Source: a virus (taxonomy: Duplodnaviria > Caudoviricetes). Taken from it: 64,000 nucleotides of DNA. Shown here one piece after another: positions 50,519 to 58,981 of this stretch. The position numbers and the translations under genes are program-made. The notes under the pieces are model-generated. The model did not search any database. It had not been told where the DNA came from and worked only from the letters and a program-made list of their open reading frames with translations. The stretch's first letter is position 1, and every line of letters begins with the position of its first letter. The DNA is taken from positions 83,640 to 147,639 of the IMG/VR virus record IMGVR_UViG_3300025713_000650; one strand, given 5' to 3'.

Positions 50519-50773
50519 TTATTCCTTATAATCATTTAGAAAATTTTTAACATTTTCAATTATTTCAATCATTAATTTATTATGATCTTTTAATGCCTTG
50601 TTTTTAATTGTTTTTAAAACTAAATTTTTTATATCTACAATACCATCGTTAATTTGTATAGTTTCGCCATATTTATCTTTATGTTCAACAAGAGGACAAA
50701 TTTGACCTGGTTTTAATGGTGGGTGAATTGTTCCACATTGAGGGCAAATCGTTGTTTTTATGTTTGGCTCCAT
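50519..50773 (-). CDS. Small zinc-ribbon protein
   Basis: CPQCGTIHPP..CP. Confidence 0.6.
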   Translation of the reverse strand: MEPNIKTTICPQCGTIHPPLKPGQICPLVEHKDKYGETIQINDGIVDIKNLVLKTIKNKALKDHNKLMIEIIENVKNFLNDYKE

Positions 50774-50786
50774 ATATTTTTACTCC

Positions 50787-51992
50787 CTATATATTTGATA
50801 GTATTAATAATTTTTGTTTTGATCTTGTTATTGCTGTATATAACCACCTTTTATATAATTCTTTATTTTTGAAATAATTTTCTTTTTGATCCAAAACAAT
50901 AACTTTTTCCCATGATGATCCTTGTGATTTATGTACAGTTATTGTATAACCAAAATCAAAATAACATACATTTTTTTTATTATTTGAATTTTTTCTATAA
51001 AGTTCAATTAAATTTATTTTATGTTCTTTATCAGAAAAAATTATCGAAGAAACATCTAGTGAAAAACTTTTATCTTCAAAATCAATAAAAATATCTAAAA
51101 TATCTTTATCTTTAAATAAAGAATAAACACATGTTCCTATTTCACCATTATATATACCTAAATTTTTATTATTTTGTAGGCAAATTAATTTTTCACCTGG
51201 ATATGGTGTTTCAATATTAAAACTTTTCTTTTCTCTAATTTTATTATTTAATTTTTTCCTACTAATATTTGTATAACATAAACATATAACTTCACTCTTA
51301 AATAAATCTACTCTATCAACTAGATAATCAAAATCATCAAAATTAAATTTAATTTTATAAACATCTTCACTGAATTTTCCATATTTTAAGTTTGTGTAAT
51401 CATTACTTCTGATAAAACTAGAAATTCTTATAATTGGATTATCCATTGCTTGTCTATGAATATCAGTCAATAAATAATCAAAATTTTTAAGAGAATTTGA
51501 ATTTTCTGAAATTGGCCCCAATTGAAAAGGATCTCCTGAAAATAAAATTAATTTTTCTTTACAAAAATATTTTAAATCATTTAATAATTTATTATCTAAC
51601 ATAGAAAATTCATCTACAATCATAATATCAAATGTATTTTCTTCTGGATTTTTTATTTCCCATCCTACTAATTCATCTTTTTTTGTAATAGGATTAAATT
51701 TTATAATAGGTTTATAGATAAAAGAATGGATTGTTCCTATAAAATCATTTTCATCAATAGATTTAAAATCTGATAATGTTTTTCTTAAAACAGATGATGC
51801 TTTTCCAGTAAATGCTAAAAAAGAAAATTTTAAATTAGAAAATTCTTGTCTTAATAATGTTGATATAGTTGTCTTACCAGTACCAGCATAACCAAAAAGA
51901 ACTTTATAAGATAAAGATTTCAATCTGTAATTATCATTAATCCATTTTTTTAAATCATCAAAAACTTGTTTTTGTTGGTTTCCTAATTCCAT
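50787..51992 (-). CDS. SF1B helicase (Dda/RecD-like)
   Basis: GYAGTGKT, AFTGKA, TIHS, VDEFSM, GDPFQL, IHRQ, TVHKSQGS, YTAITRS. Confidence 0.9.
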   Translation of the reverse strand: MELGNQQKQVFDDLKKWINDNYRLKSLSYKVLFGYAGTGKTTISTLLRQEFSNLKFSFLAFTGKASSVLRKTLSDFKSIDENDFIGTIHSFIYKPIIKFNPITKKDELVGWEIKNPEENTFDIMIVDEFSMLDNKLLNDLKYFCKEKLILFSGDPFQLGPISENSNSLKNFDYLLTDIHRQAMDNPIIRISSFIRSNDYTNLKYGKFSEDVYKIKFNFDDFDYLVDRVDLFKSEVICLCYTNISRKKLNNKIREKKSFNIETPYPGEKLICLQNNKNLGIYNGEIGTCVYSLFKDKDILDIFIDFEDKSFSLDVSSIIFSDKEHKINLIELYRKNSNNKKNVCYFDFGYTITVHKSQGSSWEKVIVLDQKENYFKNKELYKRWLYTAITRSKQKLLILSNI

Positions 51993-52015
51993 AATCTCCT
52001 TCCTTTTTAATTAAG

Positions 52016-52051
52016 AAAAAATAAAGGTACATACACACATACCTTTATTTT
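52016..52051. terminator. Terminator-like hairpin
   Basis: AAAAAATAAAGGTA-loop-TACCTTTATTTTTT downstream of 52075..52818. Confidence 0.65.
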
Positions 52052-52074
52052 TTGTTTTTTATATCAGAATATTA

Positions 52075-52818
52075 TTATTTATTAAATAATATTCTGATTT
52101 CTTTTTCTGTTATAACAATTTCGCTGATTCCCAAATGTCTTACAAATTTCGTAATAACAGAATCAACGATATTGTTTGAATCGTGTTGAAGTTCATTTTC
52201 TTTAAATCTGATGTTCTTTGTTTTCTGTTCTTTTTCAATAATCTCCATTTCATCTTTAATATCCAGAAAATGTTCGACCTTTGATGTTTTATAACATCGT
52301 TTAAGAGTTTTATAAAACTCCTTTTTGAATTCTTCAGAATTCTCAGGAATGATCAGTCTACTTTTTACTCTCTTGATTTTCATATCTTCTGAATATCGTC
52401 TGATTGGAGATGATGCTGCTTTAACTTTAAATAATTCTTCACCTATAAATTTGTTTACTCCATTAATAAATTCCTTTTGTGTAGGAGTTTTAGATGAAGA
52501 TATTACTTGATTTATCTTGGGCCAGTAATACAATGATACAACCATTTTTCCAGAAGTAGATATTTCTTTATCTTTCAGCAACAACTTAAGGTTTTCCATT
52601 GTTACCTCCTCTTTAGAGAAAATTTTTGTCTTAGTTTTCGATGTTTCAGATAAACCATTCAAACCGTTTGATTTTGGCTTATAAATCAGTGCCTTCATTT
52701 CTCCAATTTCTCCAAGGCGATTTTTGACAATTTCTATTCTTTTCTCTTTATCAAGAAATTTATCAATCCCAGCCCCCTCGTAAAAAACTCCGGATTTAAA
52801 ACCTTTGATGTTTTCCAA
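52075..52818 (-). CDS. Hypothetical protein (first gene left of the strand switch)
   Basis: TTG start with AGGAGG SD, own promoter-like motif and terminator. Confidence 0.7.
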   Translation of the reverse strand: MENIKGFKSGVFYEGAGIDKFLDKEKRIEIVKNRLGEIGEMKALIYKPKSNGLNGLSETSKTKTKIFSKEEVTMENLKLLLKDKEISTSGKMVVSLYYWPKINQVISSSKTPTQKEFINGVNKFIGEELFKVKAASSPIRRYSEDMKIKRVKSRLIIPENSEEFKKEFYKTLKRCYKTSKVEHFLDIKDEMEIIEKEQKTKNIRFKENELQHDSNNIVDSVITKFVRHLGISEIVITEKEIRILFNK

Positions 52819-52900
52819 AATTCGCCCCTCCTATTTTTGTTGGTGGTAAAAAATCCTCTCAAAGATAAACAATCTTAGTTGTCTATCTTGAGTTTATTTA

Positions 52901-52920
52901 TCATTAATTAATATATATAG
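52901..52920 (-). promoter_or_regulatory. Conserved phage promoter-like motif CTATATATATTAATTAATGA
   Basis: Exact 20-bp copy, pointing left away from the repeats. Confidence 0.75.
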
Positions 52921-52956
52921 AATTTTTTTTAAAAACTAAATATTATTTATTAGAAA

Positions 52957-53186
52957 TTGTCTCGAGTGGGAATTCGCGTTTATTTTCTCAGACTTAAAGA
53001 AAAATTTGTCTCGAGTGGGAATTCGCGTTTATTTTCTCAGACTTAAAGAAAAATTTGTCTCGAGTGGGAATTCGCGTTTATTTTCTCGGACTTAAAGAAA
53101 AATTTGTCTCGAGTGGGAATTCGCGTTTATTTTCTCGGACTTAAAGAAAAATTTGTCTCGAGTGGGAATTCGCGTTTATTTTCTCG
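52957..53186. repeat. 49-bp tandem repeat x4.7, iteron-like
   Basis: TTGTCTCGAGTGGGAATTCGCGTTTATTTTCTC(A/G)GACTTAAAGAAAAAT; CTCGAG at 52961, 53010, 53059, 53108, 53157. Confidence 0.97.
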
Positions 53187-53315
53187 CATGTATATTATAT
53201 TATATCTTAAGACTATAATTATATAAATAATCTTAATAATATATTTAATATAAATTTTTTTATAGTTTGTTTTTTTAATTTTAGAACTTTTAGATAGACT
53301 TTAAAAAAACATTTG

Positions 53316-53435
53316 AAAAAGACTTCTACCGAAACAACTGAATTTATATCTACTCAACAGCTAATTATACTTTAAAAAAGACTTCTACCGAAACAACTGA
53401 ATTTATATCTACTCAACAGCTAATTATACTTTAAA
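53316..53435. repeat. 59-bp direct repeat x2
   Basis: AAAAAGACTTCTACCGAAACAACTGAATTTATATCTACTCAACAGCTAATTATACTTTA duplicated. Confidence 0.95.
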
Positions 53436-53438
53436 GAT

Positions 53439-53458
53439 CTATATATATTAATTAATGA
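53439..53458 (+). promoter_or_regulatory. Conserved phage promoter-like motif CTATATATATTAATTAATGA
   Basis: Exact 20-bp copy, pointing right away from the repeats. Confidence 0.75.
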
Positions 53459-53759
53459 AAAAGACAACATCTATTTGTTAATTTGAATTTTAACTTTGTT
53501 TTTTAAAAGATTTGATTTGGATTTAATCATTTGAAATTAACTTTAACTTCAAATGAGATTTGTAACATAATTTATTTATTTGAAGTTAACTTAATTTTGG
53601 GATATGTTTATTTTGGATTTATAAAAATTATAACTAAAAAGATTTTTATTGGATTTATCTTAATTTTTAATCTATTTACTTCAATTTTTATTTTTAGGTT
53701 ATTTTTAATTTTTGTTTTTTTGATTTTTTAAACTTCAGAATAATTCTTATTTTTTAAGC

Positions 53760-54165
53760 AAAAAAACGTCTCAGAATGCTGAGACTATACTAGCCGTAGA
53801 TTCTATTATAATTACCTTTATAACAATCTAGGCAAACATAATCTGAGTTTCATGTATACACTTCGCTCCGATCGCTCGTTCTGGTCCCAAGGACCCCCTC
53901 CCGCGTGGGCTCTCGGGGGTCCTGAGAACCATCTCGGATATTGTAACTATAATGTACAAATTACAATATTGTTCTAAGCTAACTCGTCCTTACCGTCCGA
54001 GGTAGCTCATCACCTCTCTTCATATCCTTTACCTATGTATACTATGATATTACAAAAATATCTATATCTAGCTAGAATTATGACAAGTCTTTTAGCTAAA
54101 TTCTTTTAGCCTTATCTTTAGCAATTACTATAAAAGCTATCTGTATAAATGATCTTTTTTAAAAC
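53760..54165 (-). ncRNA. Candidate structured non-coding RNA of unknown family
   Basis: GC-rich island with at least six nested stems, G-U-compatible mismatches on the minus strand, 3' hairpin plus T-run; 5' end uncertain. Confidence 0.55.
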
Positions 54166-54430
54166 ATCAAGTTTTTGTTCTACATAAACAAAAAAAAATC
54201 TTGAAGGTAAAAATGAGGTTTAGAAAGAATCTTAAACACCTATTTAAGGCATTTACACGTTCAGATATGTTCTAAATTCTTCTAGATTTAATCTAAAGCA
54301 TATTAGATTTTTTCTAATAAAATATTTTAATTTAAAAATTTTTTAAAATTGTTTTAAGATTTAACTTTTAAAATGAGAAACAAAAATGTAAATTAAAGTA
54401 AAGAAAAAAAGCTTCAGAAAGGATGTAAAA

Positions 54431-56410
54431 ATGATAGAAGAAAAAATTTGGTTAAATCAGTCTTTGTTTAATTTTAAAGATTATGCATTTGAATCTAATG
54501 GTTCTTTAGAGTTATATTTATCATCTTATACAGAAGATTATACAAAATTTTCAAATCTTTCATTTGCAATGAGAATAATAAATAATATATCTAATTTTCA
54601 AAGTAAAACATATCGTTTTAATCATTCAGATGCAATGGATCTTATCTTAACATTCAATAATATTTTTAAAAGTATTAATAAAATTTATGATTCTATTGAT
54701 GAAACAAATGCAACAATAGTAAAGAAATATCATACAAATAAAACTTTAAAATTTATTTTTACAGTGAAAAAAAGTGAAAGAGTTTGTATAATTCAAATTT
54801 TGAATAATATTTCAGATTATACATTTGTCATAGTTCCTTTTGAAATATTAAGAACATTTGCTAACCTTTTGAAAAATTTTATTGATAATTATATTTCTCT
54901 TAATATTGAATTTGCAAATAGAAATCTTTTAGAAAGAATTTATTTAAATTCAACTCAAATTAAAGATGGAATTAGAATGTTACCATCATCAATAAATCAA
55001 AATAATGAAAAAATGAATAACTCTTATGAAATTTTAAATGAAGATACTGAATTAAAACAGACTAAAGAAATTTTAGATGAATTGGATTCTTTTCTTGGTG
55101 AAAATATGGAGAATATAATTGTTCCAGAATTAGTTGATGAAAAAATAGAAACAAAAACAGAAAAAGAAATAATTTTAAATGATAATAATATTATTAATGT
55201 TTTTGATAGTATAGAGAATATTGAAGAATTATTATCAAGCTGTGTAATATCAGATGATATGATAGAACCTATATTTTCAAGATTTATTGAAAAACTAAAT
55301 ACTGATGAATCTTTTCAATTTTTACCATCAATATCTGAAAGTGAAATAAAATCTTATAAATATCTATCTAAATTGTTATATCTGAATCAACTTAATGATT
55401 ATTTCAATGGTAAAAAAGATATACCACAAATTAGATTTTTAATTTATAAACCCAAAGAAAAATATGATATTAATATTTCTTTAGCTTTTGATTTATTTAC
55501 TGTCATGATCTATTTAAGATTATTCATTCAAAAATTATCATCAAGAGAATATAATCCAGTTAAAAATAAAACATTATTCTACATTTTATATAGATATGTT
55601 TTTGATATGTTATCAATTAGCTTTATTCAAAATATTGAGACAATTCAAATAAAGACATGTGTAATGGAAAGATTCAAGAATTTTGAAAACTCCAAATTTT
55701 TTGATAATTTTAATGAAATATTAAAAAATTATGGAATAAATAAAATTTTAATTAATGAATTTTCAAATTTAGTTGATAAGTTTTTGAAAATATTATTAGA
55801 TAATGATTCTTTAAATTCAATTGAATACACACATAATGATATTTATAAAAATGGAAAGGAAATAGATGAAATTGAAGTTAAAATTCCATTCAATAATAAT
55901 TTAAGTTTAGAACAAATGTTAAAATTAATAAATTTTGATCTTTATTTAAATAAAAATAATATTGCAATTTTATCTGAAGAACAATTAAAAGAAAAAATGA
56001 TTGAATTAGTTGGTAATGAATATATAAATGATGATATTCTTAAAATATATAAAACCAAAACAAAAATTAATGTGAAAACAAAAGATAGAATAAAAGAAAC
56101 AAATATTCTAAAAGCTTGTAAATTTTATGATCAAGGTATTCCTTCAGATAAATATGAGGAATTTATCGAATATACTTCAAATCTTGAAAATGAAGATTTT
56201 GATTGGAATAAATTTGAACTTGAAGAATTTGATGATTCCATATTTAAAGTAATATATGTTTGGAATGAAAATGAAAAGAATATTGCTTATTCAGATTTTA
56301 TGACAAAAGTTGAAAATTGTTCAATGGATAAGCAAATTTTATTAGCTAAAATTAGAATAATTGATACAACATCAATACCAAATGAAGATTGGGATTTAGA
56401 AAATTTATAA
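54431..56410 (+). CDS. Hypothetical protein (659 aa)
   Basis: Long ORF with AAAGGA SD, acidic C-terminus. Confidence 0.75.
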   Translation: MIEEKIWLNQSLFNFKDYAFESNGSLELYLSSYTEDYTKFSNLSFAMRIINNISNFQSKTYRFNHSDAMDLILTFNNIFKSINKIYDSIDETNATIVKKYHTNKTLKFIFTVKKSERVCIIQILNNISDYTFVIVPFEILRTFANLLKNFIDNYISLNIEFANRNLLERIYLNSTQIKDGIRMLPSSINQNNEKMNNSYEILNEDTELKQTKEILDELDSFLGENMENIIVPELVDEKIETKTEKEIILNDNNIINVFDSIENIEELLSSCVISDDMIEPIFSRFIEKLNTDESFQFLPSISESEIKSYKYLSKLLYLNQLNDYFNGKKDIPQIRFLIYKPKEKYDINISLAFDLFTVMIYLRLFIQKLSSREYNPVKNKTLFYILYRYVFDMLSISFIQNIETIQIKTCVMERFKNFENSKFFDNFNEILKNYGINKILINEFSNLVDKFLKILLDNDSLNSIEYTHNDIYKNGKEIDEIEVKIPFNNNLSLEQMLKLINFDLYLNKNNIAILSEEQLKEKMIELVGNEYINDDILKIYKTKTKINVKTKDRIKETNILKACKFYDQGIPSDKYEEFIEYTSNLENEDFDWNKFELEEFDDSIFKVIYVWNENEKNIAYSDFMTKVENCSMDKQILLAKIRIIDTTSIPNEDWDLENL

Positions 56411-56422
56411 GGATTATAAATT

Positions 56423-56983
56423 ATGTCATTAACTTTAGGACGATCATTTGATAGAAGTTATTCTTTACGAGTACCTCTTTTAAATTCTTTTTTTAATATT
56501 GGAATATTTTTTAATTCAAGATCACCATTTCTTTTATTTAGAGTTGATAATAATTCATCTGAAGGTAATTATGAATCTAAAATAAATTCATATAAAATAA
56601 ATACATTTAAAAATATACAATCTTCTTTATTTTGTGAAACATTTTTAGATTTGTATTCATTTAGAAATAATTCTTTGGATATTATAAATCAATTTAATAA
56701 TATTAAAGATTATTTTAAAGATGATGTTAATCTTATAATAAATGAAAATATTATTTTATCAAAAATAATATATAATAATTCTACATTCTATGATCAATTA
56801 ATCATATATGGTTTTACTTTAACACTTTATGATAACCAATATTTGTTTATTTTAACAGAAAGACAAAATATTATATCAAAATTAAAAAGAAAAGTTGTTA
56901 GAACTAGTGGTCTTCAAATTGCATCATCTGATGCATTATCAATAATTTCAGAGTATAGAAAAAATAATAGGAGAAAAAATTAA
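56423..56983 (+). CDS. Hypothetical protein
   Basis: ORF with AAGGA SD. Confidence 0.6.
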   Translation: MSLTLGRSFDRSYSLRVPLLNSFFNIGIFFNSRSPFLLFRVDNNSSEGNYESKINSYKINTFKNIQSSLFCETFLDLYSFRNNSLDIINQFNNIKDYFKDDVNLIINENIILSKIIYNNSTFYDQLIIYGFTLTLYDNQYLFILTERQNIISKLKRKVVRTSGLQIASSDALSIISEYRKNNRRKN

Positions 56984-56986
56984 ATT

Positions 56987-58231
56987 ATGGGAAATGAATC
57001 TCAAGTTGAATCAAGATACCATATTACATATGTTCATAATGCATTAATTAATTTTTATAAAAACTTATTAGATTATTTCTCCTCTTATCTATATCCTAGA
57101 TTTGAATGGAAATTAATAACAACATATCAAAAAGCAATTGAATATTTAAATAAAAAAGATCAGTTGGGTATTGAAGCTAGAATGCCCAATCTTCCAGCTA
57201 TAGTTTTAAACCCATCTGGTGATTTTGATATTGAAGAAACATATGGTAAAATGTTGTGGAGATTTCCAAATTTATATCCGGGATTTATTAAAAGGATAAT
57301 TGATCCGATTTATCAAGATGAAAACATTATCATAAATGTTGGATTTAGTAGAATTAAAGGTGAATGTGAAGTTATTTGTTTATTACCTTCTTTTTATGAA
57401 CTTATAGATTTAAAATTGTATCTTAATTTAATTTTTGGCGGTAAAGAAAGATATATTATACCAAAGTGGTTTAATGGTTATTTTATTATACCCGAAGAAA
57501 TTTATAATTATGAATATGAAAATGATATTAATGGTCAATCATATAAAATAAATATTCCAGATTCAGAAATTCACTTGATAAAAACAACAAATAAAAGTGA
57601 AGTTGTTTTTCCATTTAGAGTTTTACCTAAATTTAAAATGACATCTATGACAGATGGTTCTGTTAGGTTGGGTGGATCTGATCGACATGCTGATTGGAGA
57701 TTATCATTTTCAATTGAATATGAAGTAGAATTGCCAACCTTTTTAATTCTAGAATCGGATTATTTAGCTAAAAACATCAAATTAAATATTGGATATAATT
57801 CTTGTTTTACTAAAAATGAATTTTTTACTGTTCCTTCTAATGAAATTAATATGATTTTTGAAGTTGATCATGGATTAAAAGAAACAGAAGATAGCGATCA
57901 AATAATTCCACCTGAAGTAAAAATGACTGAATTAAAACAAAAAGAATTTGTTTATAGATTTTTTCATATTGTAAAAAATGAAGAATCTTTTATTTTAGAT
58001 ACAACATCTTCACATTCTAATATTTTAATAATGTTACCTGAAAATTTATCTTTTGATGATCCAGAAGATTATAAAGAATTAATATTAATAAATGGAAAAT
58101 ATGGACCGTTGAGTTATTATGATCATTATGAAATAATGGGAAATGTTATAAATATTAATAATACAATTACACAATTTGAAGAAAATGATATAATTGAAAT
58201 TTATATTTTTAAATATATCATAACAGATTAA
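56987..58231 (+). CDS. Hypothetical protein, possible tail terminator/neck component
   Basis: LPAIVL and WRLSFSIEYEVELP strands reminiscent of tail-completion proteins; weak. Confidence 0.45.
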   Translation: MGNESQVESRYHITYVHNALINFYKNLLDYFSSYLYPRFEWKLITTYQKAIEYLNKKDQLGIEARMPNLPAIVLNPSGDFDIEETYGKMLWRFPNLYPGFIKRIIDPIYQDENIIINVGFSRIKGECEVICLLPSFYELIDLKLYLNLIFGGKERYIIPKWFNGYFIIPEEIYNYEYENDINGQSYKINIPDSEIHLIKTTNKSEVVFPFRVLPKFKMTSMTDGSVRLGGSDRHADWRLSFSIEYEVELPTFLILESDYLAKNIKLNIGYNSCFTKNEFFTVPSNEINMIFEVDHGLKETEDSDQIIPPEVKMTELKQKEFVYRFFHIVKNEESFILDTTSSHSNILIMLPENLSFDDPEDYKELILINGKYGPLSYYDHYEIMGNVININNTITQFEENDIIEIYIFKYIITD

Positions 58232-58506
58232 TGACTTTTAAAATAGAAGACCAAGATAAGTATTGCCCCATAATTAGGGATATATGTCTTAAAGAAAAAT
58301 GTAAATGCTGGAGAAGATGTAAGAAATATTTTACATCTTCTCCAGATGATTTTTTAATTATTGAAGAATTAAAAAAGAGATTTGGAAATATACAAATAAT
58401 TAAATATGATGGAAGAGATATAGTTACATATGATTCTGGTTATTGTTTAATTTTTGATTTTGATGATAAGGATAATAAATATAAGGATAATAAATATAAT
58501 GACTAA
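58231..58506 (+). CDS. Small Cys-rich hypothetical protein
   Basis: YCPII..CLKEKCKCW..GYC. Confidence 0.6.
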   Translation: MTFKIEDQDKYCPIIRDICLKEKCKCWRRCKKYFTSSPDDFLIIEELKKRFGNIQIIKYDGRDIVTYDSGYCLIFDFDDKDNKYKDNKYND

Positions 58507-58969
58507 AATTAAGAAAATACCAGTAGCTGCAGCATTAATAGTTAAGGAAAATAATAATGGCACTAGAAAATTGTTATTAATTAGAAGATCTAAAACAGAT
58601 CATTGGGGAATGGTTTGGGAATATCCAAGAGGTAAATGTGATAAAGGTGATAAAACATTAGGTGATTGTTTAAAGAGAGAAGTTAAAGAAGAAACAGGAT
58701 TAGATGTAGATATTAAAAAATATATAGGAAAATTTAAATATGTTGCAGATAATGGCGCAAGAATAAGTACACAATATAATTTTTTATGTACACTAAAAGA
58801 TAAAAATCAGAAGGTAAAGCTTTCTTTTGAACACGATGGTTATAAATGGATTTCTACTTTAGCAGAAGCTGAATTATTAGTTCCCGATGAAATGAAAAAG
58901 ATAATTTCAAAAATTTTACCAGGATTATCAATCTACAAAAGAAAAGATAATGAAGAGATCGAAGAATAA
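58499..58969 (+). CDS. Nudix hydrolase
   Basis: WEYPRGK..CLKREVKEETGL Nudix box, EHDGYKW; ATG at 58499. Confidence 0.88.
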   Translation: MTKIKKIPVAAALIVKENNNGTRKLLLIRRSKTDHWGMVWEYPRGKCDKGDKTLGDCLKREVKEETGLDVDIKKYIGKFKYVADNGARISTQYNFLCTLKDKNQKVKLSFEHDGYKWISTLAEAELLVPDEMKKIISKILPGLSIYKRKDNEEIEE

Positions 58970-58981
58970 TATGGAGGATTT

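Larger units (their letters stand above)
52821..54430. other. Putative replication origin / strand-switch control region
   Basis: 1.6 kb essentially non-coding at the global switch of coding strand, with tandem repeats and AT-only tracts. Confidence 0.6.

Noticed and set aside
52957-53186. CRISPR array
   Set aside because: Units are contiguous and identical except one A/G; there are no variable spacers and no adjacent cas genes
53531-53731. 66-aa hydrophobic ORF downstream of the rightward promoter motif
   Set aside because: TTG start, no clear SD, hydrophobicity follows from extreme T bias; cannot be supported as a gene
53975-54030. Hammerhead ribozyme or SRP motif in the ncRNA candidate
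   Set aside because: GTGATGAG is not the CTGATGA core and no GAAA partner is positioned; the SRP domain IV consensus is not met
58466-58497. 15-bp duplication ATAAGGATAATAAAT
   Set aside because: Simple slippage at a gene end with no evident function
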